A stretch of 64,000 nucleotides of DNA from Vulcanimicrobiota bacterium (lineage in GTDB: Bacteria; Vulcanimicrobiota; Vulcanimicrobiia; Vulcanimicrobiales; Vulcanimicrobiaceae): NCBI GenBank assembly GCA_963812155.1, contig CAWETW010000001.1:320001-384000 (forward strand), read 5' to 3'. Under the pieces are notes generated by a model. That model saw nothing but the letters and a program-made list of their open reading frames with translations. It ran no database searches and was not told the DNA's origin. Position 1 is the stretch's first letter; the number at the start of each line of letters is the position of its first letter. This document shows positions 15,661 to 24,926 of the stretch, piece by piece. The translations under genes were made by a program, and so were the position numbers.

Positions 15661-15732
15661 GAATCTCTTTCTCTAGGGAGCGTGCGTTAGTATAAGAACG
15701 CTGGGGTCGGGCTGGGACGCTTCGGGCACACC

Positions 15733-15777
15733 AAAAAGACGAGCGCACGCTCTGACCGATGCAGAGGTGACCCGCCT
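15733..15777 (-). promoter_or_regulatory. Terminator-like hairpin (possible attenuator) in the rpoB leader
   Basis: Minus strand AGGCGGGT-CAC-CTCTG-loop-CAGAG-C-GTG-C-GCTCGTCT-TTTT. Confidence 0.5.
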
Positions 15778-15818
15778 AATCTTTTAGGTGGCCTATTCGC
15801 CGCGGGGCATAGGAAACG

Positions 15819-15847
15819 AGTCTAGCACCCGTCGAGGCGAGCGTCAA
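15819..15847 (-). promoter_or_regulatory. sigma70-type promoter for rpoB
   Basis: Minus strand TTGACG, 17-bp spacer, TAGACT with an extended TG. Confidence 0.7.
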
Positions 15848-15892
15848 GGAACCCTTCCGCGAATCTTAGATTTAAGTCGGAATGGGTCGGGT

Positions 15893-16384
15893 TTACCGAT
15901 AGACGCGCTGCCGGTCGCCGACGATCGTGCGCCCTTCCGGGAGCCCGGCGGCAGGCACCGGTTTGGTGCCGACCAGGTCGACGTAAACGAGGTGGCCGCC
16001 ATACCAGCCCGAGGCGACCAGGATGCCGAGCGCGACGTAGGTCAAGACGTAGCCGAGCGGCGAGACCGGCGCCGAGTACCGCACGGCGAACGCCGCGATG
16101 TAAAAGGCGACGACGATCAGGTTGAGCACCATGTGGGTCGTGGCGATGCGCTTCGTAGCCGGCGGCATGGGCGCCGTGAGGTAGTCGGTGAAACCGAAAA
16201 CGGCGGCCAGCAGGGCCGCGACGACGCCGAACGCGATCAGCCAGACGCTGAGTTCCGGCCAGAACGTTTTGTCTCCCCAGATGGAGATGACGTCCGAGAC
16301 GAGCACCCCGCCGAATAAGCCGATGGGAAACGAGACGAGCATCGGGTGGATCGGGTGACCAAGGATGGTGGCTTTCCCTTGCAT
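15893..16384 (-). CDS. DUF2231 membrane protein
   Basis: GHPIHPMLVSFPIG, H in TTHMVLN, GWYGGHLVY; four TM segments. Confidence 0.88.
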   Translation of the reverse strand: MQGKATILGHPIHPMLVSFPIGLFGGVLVSDVISIWGDKTFWPELSVWLIAFGVVAALLAAVFGFTDYLTAPMPPATKRIATTHMVLNLIVVAFYIAAFAVRYSAPVSPLGYVLTYVALGILVASGWYGGHLVYVDLVGTKPVPAAGLPEGRTIVGDRQRVYR

Positions 16385-16446
16385 CGCTGCCTCCTATCGA
16401 AAACCAGATGCTCGACCTTTTCCCAGGCCGGAAGGAGGTTACGCCT

Positions 16447-16704
16447 CTATCCCACGAGGTCGTGCCAGCTCTTGGCGCCGACCGTGACGCCGAAATACGC
16501 CGCGGCCGCCTTGATGTTGGCGAAAGCCTGCGCTCGATCGCCGTCGCTCACGTCGCCGACCTGGGCGAACCGGGCAACGGCGCTGCGAACGTGGGCCGCG
16601 TCGGTGAGCGGCTCCTTGCGTTCGGCCGGAAAGGCGAAGGCGCTGGCCGGAAGCCGCCCGCGCGGCACGTCCTGAGTACGCAGGGGTTTCCAGGTGACGT
16701 CCAT
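16447..16704 (-). CDS. DUF6582-like small protein
   Basis: AFAFPAERKEPLTDAAHVRSAVARFAQV...AFANIKAAA. Confidence 0.75.
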   Translation of the reverse strand: MDVTWKPLRTQDVPRGRLPASAFAFPAERKEPLTDAAHVRSAVARFAQVGDVSDGDRAQAFANIKAAAAYFGVTVGAKSWHDLVG

Positions 16705-16719
16705 GCGGGCGCAAGTGCC

Positions 16720-17103
16720 CTAGCGGCAGGGCGTAGCGACCGCGATATTTGCCAGGTATTCGACGCCGGCCGAAAGGTCGACGAAGTTGCCGACATCGTT
16801 CCATCCGTGGGTCGCTCGCGGCGCTACCGCCGCGGCACCGGTGACGTTATAGGCGGTCGTGGTCGCGATCAACTGATACTCGCCCGGTAACAGCGTCAGG
16901 AATGCGTAGCGGCCATGGCCGTCGGCCTGCGTTTCAGCAACCTCGGAGTCCGAAATCGCTACCACTTTTGCATTCGGTACCGGCTGCGAATGCACGTAGC
17001 ACGACACCCTCCCGACGACTCGCGTCGAGTCGCCGGAGCCCGTTTGCGTCAGACCGACGAAGAGGGTGAGTTCGGCCAACAAGATCGCCGCCAGCATACT
17101 CAT
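16720..17103 (-). CDS. Secreted carboxypeptidase-regulatory-like (transthyretin-like) domain protein
   Basis: Hydrophobic N-terminus; GRV..PVPNAKV..TQADGHGRYAFLTLLPGEYQL. Confidence 0.75.
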   Translation of the reverse strand: MSMLAAILLAELTLFVGLTQTGSGDSTRVVGRVSCYVHSQPVPNAKVVAISDSEVAETQADGHGRYAFLTLLPGEYQLIATTTAYNVTGAAAVAPRATHGWNDVGNFVDLSAGVEYLANIAVATPCR

Positions 17104-17150
17104 TCCAGCGCCCGGCAGTGCCCGGTCGTGACGCCGCGAAAGCCACTGCG

Positions 17151-18833
17151 ATGCAGCCACTGTGGGCGCTCCCCGTCTTGGCGCTCGCCGCGCTGACCGC
17201 CGGGCCAACCTCGACGACGCAGGGCTCTACGACCGTCGCCACCGCAGCGGCGGTGCGCGCTCGCATCAAGCACGTGTTCGTAATTTTCCAAGAGAACCAC
17301 TCGTTCGACAACTACTTCGGCACGTACCCCGGGGCGGAGAACTTATCAACCCCGCTCGCGCAGGCGCACGGTTTCCGGCAGTTCGATTCCATCGGCAACA
17401 CGTGGGTGACGCCGTTCCGCATCACCGACCCCGACGTCGAGTCGCTGTCGCAAGCGCGTCCCGTCCTTTTGCAGAAAATCAACGGCGGAAAAATGGACGG
17501 CTTCGTCTCGGCGCAGGAGACCGTCTCGCGCCAACGATTGGGTGACGACGCGGCCGCGCGAGCGATGGGTCTTCAGACGATGGCGCACTACGATTGCGAC
17601 ACGGTTCCGTTTCTTTGGAAATACGCGCACGCGTTCGTGCTCTTCGATCACATCTTTCAGGCGATCATTTCGCCTTCAACGCCGAATAATATCGCCGTGA
17701 TCGCGGCGCAATCGGGTCAGAGCCAAGCGGCGCGCGACCCGTCGACGTCGGCCACCGGTACGGGAGCGGGCGTTCCGGTGCTCGACGATCTCGATCCGGC
17801 GTTCGGTCCGTACACCGATACGAGCCAGACCTTTCAAGTCTCGCAAGCGTACGCGACGCTTCCGCTCACGCTCAACGGCACGGCGAACGCGCAGGTAACG
17901 CAGAATACGGCCGGCGTCGAACGCGATCTTGGCGCACTAATCGCGCTCGGCCATGCACCCGTGCCGTGGGGCTGGTATCAGGAGGGCTACGTGTCTTCCG
18001 ATCGCGCATTGCCCGGGTACGAAGCGCATCACAACGCACCGCAATACTTCGGCTACCTACGCAATAACGACGTGTTCTGGAACGGCGTGCACGCAGTGCA
18101 GCCATTGCTTGACGCGCTGCGCAACGGCACGCTTGCGGACTCCGGCGTCTTCTACGTCAAGGGCGCATCCCAGAACGAGTTCGGGTGGAAGCCCGCCAAC
18201 GCCGATCCATACGTCCAGTCGAATTACGTCGGCGACGACGACCACCCCGGCCCCGGAGACAGCGACCATCAGATCGGCGAATCGTTCGTGGCGACGTTCG
18301 TCAACGCGATCGCCCGAAGCAAGTATTGGAGCGATTCGGCAATTCTCATCACGTGGGACGATCCCGGCGGACAGTACGATCACGTCCCGCCGCCGCAGTT
18401 CGAGCGCTGTCCCGACGGACAGCCGTGCGGCGACGGCGGGCGGTTACCGTTTCTTCTGATCTCGCCGTTCGCGCGTAGCGGCGGCATCGTCAGCGATCCC
18501 GGTGACACCGCCTCGGTGCTCAAGTTTGCCGAGGCCGTGTTCGGGCTTCCAGCGCTGGCGTCGCTTCCCGACGAACAACCCTATCTGCCGGAGGGTCCAC
18601 GCGACGGCAATTCCGCGATTACCGATCTACTCGGCGCGTTCGATCCGGCGCGACTCGATGGATCGGCGCCGCCGATTCCGGCGACGGACGCGCAGATTCC
18701 CGACGACGTCGTCAATGCGTTCCCGCCGGCGATGAGCTGCGGTTCGCTCGGGATCACGCCGGTTGCGCTGCCGAATGCGCCCTCGACACCTCCGCCCGGA
18801 TTCATACCGCGCGTCAGACTTCCGCGCCGATAG
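17151..18833 (+). CDS. Phospholipase C / phosphoesterase family protein
   Basis: IKHVFVIFQENHSFDNYFG, ITWDDPGGQYDHVPPP, GGRLPFLLISPF; signal peptide. Confidence 0.92.
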   Translation: MQPLWALPVLALAALTAGPTSTTQGSTTVATAAAVRARIKHVFVIFQENHSFDNYFGTYPGAENLSTPLAQAHGFRQFDSIGNTWVTPFRITDPDVESLSQARPVLLQKINGGKMDGFVSAQETVSRQRLGDDAAARAMGLQTMAHYDCDTVPFLWKYAHAFVLFDHIFQAIISPSTPNNIAVIAAQSGQSQAARDPSTSATGTGAGVPVLDDLDPAFGPYTDTSQTFQVSQAYATLPLTLNGTANAQVTQNTAGVERDLGALIALGHAPVPWGWYQEGYVSSDRALPGYEAHHNAPQYFGYLRNNDVFWNGVHAVQPLLDALRNGTLADSGVFYVKGASQNEFGWKPANADPYVQSNYVGDDDHPGPGDSDHQIGESFVATFVNAIARSKYWSDSAILITWDDPGGQYDHVPPPQFERCPDGQPCGDGGRLPFLLISPFARSGGIVSDPGDTASVLKFAEAVFGLPALASLPDEQPYLPEGPRDGNSAITDLLGAFDPARLDGSAPPIPATDAQIPDDVVNAFPPAMSCGSLGITPVALPNAPSTPPPGFIPRVRLPRR

Positions 18834-18843
18834 GAGCGCCGTT

Positions 18844-19755
18844 ATGCCGACGATCGTCGCCGCACCGCCCGTTCGCGTCCCGGTCTTCGGCGGGTTCGAC
18901 TACGTAACCATCGACGAGGCGCGCCACCGCGCGTTCGCCGCGCATACGCGGAGCAATCGTCTCCTCGTCGTGGACACGGGCTCGGGCGCGGTCGCAGGTC
19001 AGGTCGAGGTCGGACCGATGCACGGCGTCGCGGTCGATCCGCAGACCGGCAACGTCTTCACCGGAAACGGCACCGTCGACTCCCTCTCCAGCGTGGACGT
19101 CACGACGATGAAGGTGATCGCATCCGTATCGGTCCCCGGACATGTCGACGCGATTGCCTACGATCCCGGACGGCGCCACATCTACGCGGATCAAGCCGGC
19201 GGCGGAAACGTCTACGTCGTCGATGCCGCAACCATGAAAGTGGTGGCGACGATGGCGATGCCCGCAACCGTTTTGGAGTCGCCGGCGGTGGATCCCAAAA
19301 CGGGAACCTTCTACCAGAATCTCGCCAACGGCGGCGGCTTCGCTATCGTCGACCCGCAGACGCTGCGCGTGACGTCGGTCGTAAAGACGCCGGAGTTAGA
19401 AAACAATCACGCGCTCGTCTTCGCTGCCGGCGCGAATCAAGTCGCGGTCTCCGGAGTGAACGGCGTTTTATCCGCCTATACGCGCGACGGCGCATTGGCC
19501 GGCAGCGTGGCGGTACAGCCGCACATCGATCAATGCAACACCGGGTCGAAAGGCCTTCTCGTCGCCTGCGCCGGACGCGGCATCGTGACCGTCGTGGCGA
19601 TGAACGCCGGAGCAGCGCCGACGCTCGTCGGCCGCATCGACACGGGCCACACCGGCATCCACACCGTTGGCATCGACGAAGCGACGAACGATCTGTGGGT
19701 CGTGTGGTCGGATGCTACCGGAGATTGGGTACAGCGGCTCCGCCTTGCGCTATAG
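18844..19755 (+). CDS. YncE/YVTN-type beta-propeller protein
   Basis: GGFDYVTID, HGVAVDP, DAIAYDP repeats; AGGAG RBS. Confidence 0.8.
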   Translation: MPTIVAAPPVRVPVFGGFDYVTIDEARHRAFAAHTRSNRLLVVDTGSGAVAGQVEVGPMHGVAVDPQTGNVFTGNGTVDSLSSVDVTTMKVIASVSVPGHVDAIAYDPGRRHIYADQAGGGNVYVVDAATMKVVATMAMPATVLESPAVDPKTGTFYQNLANGGGFAIVDPQTLRVTSVVKTPELENNHALVFAAGANQVAVSGVNGVLSAYTRDGALAGSVAVQPHIDQCNTGSKGLLVACAGRGIVTVVAMNAGAAPTLVGRIDTGHTGIHTVGIDEATNDLWVVWSDATGDWVQRLRLAL

Positions 19756-19775
19756 CGCTTCGCCCGTTCGTTCAG

Positions 19776-21689
19776 TTATGCGGAGCGGACGGCGGCGGAG
19801 CGGAGCGGAGCCACCGCGGCGATGCGCTCGGCGATGGCTGCGCCGCTGAGCCCGAACATCGCGCGCTGTTTGTCCTGCGAGTCGTGCTGCACGAGCACGT
19901 TGGGAACGCCGACACGCTCGAGGGCAAAGCGCAGGCCGCGATCGGCGACGCACTCCGCGACGGCCGAACCAAACCCGCCGGCCACCGAGTGTTCTTCGAG
20001 CGTGATCAGCCGGTCGTGTTCGCGCTGCAGATCGACCAGCAACGCTTCGTCGAGCGGCTTCGCAAAGCGTGCGTTGACGACGGTCGGGAGATCTTCATAA
20101 CCGGCGTCCCGCAGTTTTTCGTGCGCGTCGAGCGCCAAATCGACGGCCGTGCCGTACGCGAGAATTGCGACACCGCGCCCTCGCCGAAGCACTTCGGCTT
20201 TGCCCTGCACGATCGGCGCAACGGCATCGCCAATTTGGCAGCCGCTGCTCGAGCCGCGCGGATAGCGAATTGCGGCCGGCGCGTTCAGGGTCAGAGCGTG
20301 TTCCATCATCGGAAGCAGCTCGTCTTCGCAGCGCGGCGCCATGACGGTGACGTTGGGAAGCGTCCGAAGGTACGCGATATCGTAGAGACCCATGTGCGTC
20401 GGGCCATCGTCGCCCACGAATCCCGCCCGATCCATGCAAAAGACGACCGGAAGATTCTGCACGACGACGTCGTGCACGATCTGATCGTATGCCCGCTGCA
20501 AAAACGTCGAATAGATGGCGCAAACCGGGCGCAAGCCGCTGGACGCGAGCCCCGCGGCAAAACAGACGGCGTGCGCCTCCGCGATGCCCACGTCGAAGTA
20601 GCGTTCCGGAAACTGCTTTCCGAATTTCGAGAGGCCGGTTCCGTCGGGCATGGCGGCGGTGATCCCGACGACGCGGGGATCGCGTTCGGCAACGGCGATC
20701 ATCGCATCGCCGAAGACGTCTTGAAACTTCGGACGTGCGCCTTGACTGCTCTTCTTCGAGCCGTCTTTGGGCTCGAACGCATTGGCACCGACGCCATGAA
20801 AGGTGCGCGAATCGCGCTCGGCGGGTTCGTACCCTTTGCCTTTGACCGTGCGCACGTGCAGCAGCACGGGGCGGTCGAATGCGCGCGCGGTGCACAGCGC
20901 GTCGACGACCGCGTCGAAGTTGTGCCCGTCCACGGGGCCGATGTAGCGGAACCCGAGCTCCTCGAAAATGACCGCCGTTTTTTCGGTCGGCGAAATGAAG
21001 CGCATCGCCCCGAGCTCGGCCGACTCGATGGCCTTCTTCGCCGCGCTCCCCAGCGGAATGCGGTCGAGCACCATTTTTCCGGTGCGCCGCGCCAGGTTTG
21101 CGAACGGCTTGGTGCGCAGCACCGAAAGATACGACGCGATCGACCCGACGTTGGGCGCGATCGACATTTCGTTGTCGTTGAGAATGACGATGAACTGGCT
21201 TTTCAGCGCGCCGGCGTTGTTGAGCGCCTCGTAGGCGAGGCCGCCGGTAAGCGCGCCGTCGCCCAAGACCGCAACGACCGTTTCATCGCCGCCGGTGAGA
21301 TCGCGCGCGTGCGCCATTCCGAGCGCCGCCGACACCGCCGTGCTCGCGTGGCCGGCGCCGAACGGATCGTACTCCGACTCGCTGCGCATCGCAAAACCGG
21401 AAATTCCACCGCCCTTGCGGATCGTACCGAAGCGATCGCGGCGGCCGGTGAGAATTTTGTGCACGTACGTCTGGTGGCTGACGTCCCAGACGAGTTTATC
21501 GTGAGGAAGATCGAGCACGCGATGCAGCGCGAGCGTCAGTTCGACCACGCCGAGGTTCGGCGCCAGATGGCCGCCGTTACGGGCGCAGGTTTCGACCAGC
21601 ATTTCTCGGATTTCGCGGGCGAGGGTTTCGATCTCGGGGCGCTCGAGGCGCTTGACGTCGGCCGGTGAGGCGATTCGTTCGACAATCAT
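19776..21689 (-). CDS. dxs: 1-deoxy-D-xylulose-5-phosphate synthase
   Basis: GGHLAPNLGVVEL, GDGALTGG...NDNEMSI, DVGIAEAH, STFLQRAYDQ, IRYPRG. Confidence 0.98.
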   Translation of the reverse strand: MIVERIASPADVKRLERPEIETLAREIREMLVETCARNGGHLAPNLGVVELTLALHRVLDLPHDKLVWDVSHQTYVHKILTGRRDRFGTIRKGGGISGFAMRSESEYDPFGAGHASTAVSAALGMAHARDLTGGDETVVAVLGDGALTGGLAYEALNNAGALKSQFIVILNDNEMSIAPNVGSIASYLSVLRTKPFANLARRTGKMVLDRIPLGSAAKKAIESAELGAMRFISPTEKTAVIFEELGFRYIGPVDGHNFDAVVDALCTARAFDRPVLLHVRTVKGKGYEPAERDSRTFHGVGANAFEPKDGSKKSSQGARPKFQDVFGDAMIAVAERDPRVVGITAAMPDGTGLSKFGKQFPERYFDVGIAEAHAVCFAAGLASSGLRPVCAIYSTFLQRAYDQIVHDVVVQNLPVVFCMDRAGFVGDDGPTHMGLYDIAYLRTLPNVTVMAPRCEDELLPMMEHALTLNAPAAIRYPRGSSSGCQIGDAVAPIVQGKAEVLRRGRGVAILAYGTAVDLALDAHEKLRDAGYEDLPTVVNARFAKPLDEALLVDLQREHDRLITLEEHSVAGGFGSAVAECVADRGLRFALERVGVPNVLVQHDSQDKQRAMFGLSGAAIAERIAAVAPLRSAAVRSA

Positions 21690-21801
21690 CGTGTTGGGCC
21701 GGCGTCTTCGGCACGGCCCAGGTTATCTCCGTCTTAACCGGCCTTCATAGCTTCAGCCATTTTTCACGATCGCCCGCTACCTTGTCGGCGGAGGGAATCA
21801 C

Positions 21802-23181
21802 ATGGACGTTCGTCGCGCCTTATTGTCGGCTACGGCTTCGCTTTCGTCGCTCGTTTGGAGTGGCTGTTCGGGTTCGGGCGGAGGCGCCGGCCTTCCGACG
21901 GCTTCGGCGCGCGCGCTGGTCGCGCAAGCGGCAGGCGGCGTCAACTGGCCCGAGTTTCGATTCGACGATCACCGCACCGGCGTCAACCCTCACGAGACGC
22001 AGATTACGAAAACGAACGTGCGGTCACTGCAACTCGCGTGGGAGGACCAACTCGGAAAACTCGTCGACTACTCGTCGCCGGCCGTCGTCAACGGCACCGT
22101 CTATATCGGCTCGACCGACGGACGGCTGTGGGCCTACGATGCCAACGGCTGCAGCCAAAGCTTGTGCACCAAACCGGCCTGGTCGTCCACGACGATCGCG
22201 CAAATCATGGATTCACCGACGGTCGCCAATGGTTTCGTGTACATCGGATCGCAGACGTCGCGAACGTCCAACGACGGAAAGCTGGACGTGTTCTCCGCGG
22301 CCGGCTGCGGTCAACCGCAATGTCCGCCGCTCTGGCAAGGCTTAGCCGGACACGACGCGATCCTGCAATCCGCTCCGGCCGTTGCCGCAGGCAGCGTGTT
22401 CGTCGGCGCGTACGACGGCAAGCTCTACGCATTCTCCGCAAACGGCTGCGGCGCGTCCACGTGCGCGCCGCTGTGGACCGCAACGACGGGCGGGTCCATC
22501 GAATCGTCACCGACCGTCGCGAAAGGCGTCGCGTACGTCGGCTCCGACGACGGAAACCTCTACGCGTTTCGCGCCACCGGATGCGGAGCCCAGACGTGCG
22601 CGCCGCTGTGGAAGGGCACGCTCGGCTATTCCGTCTTCGATTCGTCGCCGGCGATCGCCAACGGCAACGTCTACATCGGATCGCAGCACGGCGTCGCGGC
22701 CTTCAAGGCCGCCGGCTGCGGACAGAGCACCTGCGCGCCGCTCTGGCAAGCGGCCAACAGCGCCGATTTCTTCAACGGCTCGCCTGCCGTGACGAAAAAG
22801 CGGGTGTACGTCGGCGTCGAGGACGGGTTGGCCGTGTACGCTGCGGCCGGGTGCGGCGCCTCGAAATGCAACCCGCTATGGACCGATTCCGGATCCGGTT
22901 TCCAAGCAGCGGTGGTCTCTTCACCGACCGTTGCCAACGGCGTCGTGTACGCCGGGCGCAACACCGGCGAACTTCTCGCATGGCTGGAAGGGCCGTGCGG
23001 CTCGTCCAACTGCACGAACATCTGGAGCGGAGCGATCAACGAAGAAGTCGTCAGTTCTTCACCGACCGTCGTCAACGGTCACATCTATATCGGCAGCGCG
23101 GACAAGTTCTTTCCGGAAGACTCAGCAGGGCGCATCTACGTGTTCGCCTTACCGCACGGGAATCGCCCGCAGCATCGCTAG
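21802..23181 (+). CDS. PQQ-like beta-propeller lipoprotein with Cys-pair loops
   Basis: Lipobox-like WSGC; repeated SSP-V-NG-VY-GS-DG-LYA blades; seven C-x4-C loops. Confidence 0.85.
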   Translation: MDVRRALLSATASLSSLVWSGCSGSGGGAGLPTASARALVAQAAGGVNWPEFRFDDHRTGVNPHETQITKTNVRSLQLAWEDQLGKLVDYSSPAVVNGTVYIGSTDGRLWAYDANGCSQSLCTKPAWSSTTIAQIMDSPTVANGFVYIGSQTSRTSNDGKLDVFSAAGCGQPQCPPLWQGLAGHDAILQSAPAVAAGSVFVGAYDGKLYAFSANGCGASTCAPLWTATTGGSIESSPTVAKGVAYVGSDDGNLYAFRATGCGAQTCAPLWKGTLGYSVFDSSPAIANGNVYIGSQHGVAAFKAAGCGQSTCAPLWQAANSADFFNGSPAVTKKRVYVGVEDGLAVYAAAGCGASKCNPLWTDSGSGFQAAVVSSPTVANGVVYAGRNTGELLAWLEGPCGSSNCTNIWSGAINEEVVSSSPTVVNGHIYIGSADKFFPEDSAGRIYVFALPHGNRPQHR

Positions 23182-23199
23182 CGTGCGCGGAAATCGCGC

Positions 23200-23928
23200 T
23201 TACACGTTTGCGAGCGCGACCACCTGCGCTGCGCGACGGGCGTAGCGCGGCGCATGCCGCGCCAGCCACAGCGCTTGCGGCCAGTTGCGCGGGTTGCGCA
23301 GTGCTCGCGCCGGCGCAATCCACTCCTGCGAGAGTTCGCGCTGCGGCGTATCGAGCACGACGCGCACCGCCGCAACGCGTGGAGCGTCGAGCAAACCGGT
23401 CTCCATGTCGACGCCGGCGTAGCCCAAGCGCGCCCACTCATCGCGGGCTTCGCCGTTGACGATCGACGGCGCGGTAAGCATCGGATCCATCACCGGGTCG
23501 AAACCGAGGCGCCGCGCCGCGTTGGCCAGACGTTCGACGAGATTATCATCGCACTGCAGCGTCCGTCCATCGGGGCGACGCACTTCTTTCGGTACGAGCA
23601 CGGTGCCGCTGGGCAGATCGCGGCGCAGGCCGCCGGCCAACCCGCAACTCACGACGCTCTCCCCGAACGGGCCGGCGCGCGAAGCCAAACCGACGCCCGT
23701 TTCGCACACGCGCGCACCCGGCATCACCCGGCTCACGGCCAGCGCTTCGGTAGCGGTTGCAACGGCGATGGTCGCACGCATACGGTCGAAGAGTATTCCG
23801 CCGCAGTTGGGACAACGAAAGCCGAGCGCGTCGGTACAGGCGCGGCAAAACGTGCACTCATGCGTGCATGCAAAGGCCGGCGTTTCTTCGGAAAGCGGAG
23901 CACTGCAGCGCTCGCACGCCGGTTTCAT
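23200..23928 (-). CDS. hpnG: DUF1272 Cys-rich domain fused to an HpnG-like nucleoside phosphorylase domain
   Basis: ATGA overlap with the hpnA stop; CERC..CTHECTFCRAC..CPNCGG, then SCGLAGGL and GVDMET. Confidence 0.75.
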   Translation of the reverse strand: MKPACERCSAPLSEETPAFACTHECTFCRACTDALGFRCPNCGGILFDRMRATIAVATATEALAVSRVMPGARVCETGVGLASRAGPFGESVVSCGLAGGLRRDLPSGTVLVPKEVRRPDGRTLQCDDNLVERLANAARRLGFDPVMDPMLTAPSIVNGEARDEWARLGYAGVDMETGLLDAPRVAAVRVVLDTPQRELSQEWIAPARALRNPRNWPQALWLARHAPRYARRAAQVVALANV

Positions 23929-24923
23929 TGCCACGTATGCTCGTTTGCGTCGCGATACCACGCGACGGCGCGCTCGATGGCGACTTGCGCCGGCGATGGG
24001 CGGAACCCCAGTTCGTCGATCGCTTTCGATGAGTCGGCATACATGCGCTCGCGCGCGAGGCGCACGCCTTCGAGCGGTGCGAAGGGCACGGCGCCGGGTT
24101 GGACGCGGCAGCGAATCTCGTCCACGTACGCGGTTGCAAGGGCGAGCGGATAGGGCGCGCGCCACGACGGCATCGGTTTGCCCGTCGCGCTCGCGAGCAG
24201 CTCCCAAATCGCGTCCATCGAAAGATTCTCTCCGCCGAGCGCGTAGCGTTCTCCCGGGCGCCCGCGCGTCAATGCCGCAACGTGGGCGGATGCAACGTCC
24301 TCGACCGCCACAAGATTCATTCCGCCGCTGCCGGGTGCTTTTGCGGTGATTCTTCCGCGAAGAAAATCGAGCACGAGTTTCCCGGTCGGGGTCGGCTTCC
24401 AATCGCCGGGACCAATCGGCGCGGTCGGCAGCAGCGCGACGACCGGCACGCGGCTGGCAAAGGCCGTGCGCTCCTGCACGATCTTCGACGCGTGATAGGC
24501 GTCGCCGTGCGGCACCTCTGCCAGCGTCGAGGAACTTGAGGTCAGCACGGCACGCTCCACGCCGGCGAGATGTGCGGCGGCGAGCAGGCTTTCCGTGCCG
24601 GTGACGTTCACGGCGTGCATCGCGCTACGATCGCGCGGTGTAAACGAATAGAGCGCCGCCGTATGGACGACGTAGCGGCATCCCTCGAGCGCTTTTGCGA
24701 AGGCTCCGGCGTTTCGCAGATCGCCCTCCACGATTTCGAGGCGTTCGTCGCGCGGAAGACTCGGTGCGCGCGGCGGAAGCGATCGGCTGCGCACGAGCGC
24801 GCGCACGCGGTAGCCCGCATTGAGGAGTTCGCGCAACACGTGCGCGCCCACGAAGCCGCTCGCGCCGGTGAGAAAAACGCGTCCTTCGACTACGGCGCTA
24901 CGCGCCTCCGCTCTGGATGACAC
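23925..24923 (-). CDS. hpnA: Hopanoid-associated NAD-dependent epimerase/dehydratase
   Basis: TGASGFVG, YHASK, PTAPIGPGDWKPTPTG; located in the hpn cluster. Confidence 0.9.
   Translation of the reverse strand: MSSRAEARSAVVEGRVFLTGASGFVGAHVLRELLNAGYRVRALVRSRSLPPRAPSLPRDERLEIVEGDLRNAGAFAKALEGCRYVVHTAALYSFTPRDRSAMHAVNVTGTESLLAAAHLAGVERAVLTSSSSTLAEVPHGDAYHASKIVQERTAFASRVPVVALLPTAPIGPGDWKPTPTGKLVLDFLRGRITAKAPGSGGMNLVAVEDVASAHVAALTRGRPGERYALGGENLSMDAIWELLASATGKPMPSWRAPYPLALATAYVDEIRCRVQPGAVPFAPLEGVRLARERMYADSSKAIDELGFRPSPAQVAIERAVAWYRDANEHTWQ
24880..24923. repeat. REP-like element copy forming the 5' end of hpnA
   Basis: cgtccttcgact...ccgctctggatgacac shares both ends with the 9535 and 11715 copies. 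Confidence 0.8.
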
Positions 24924-24926
24924 ATT

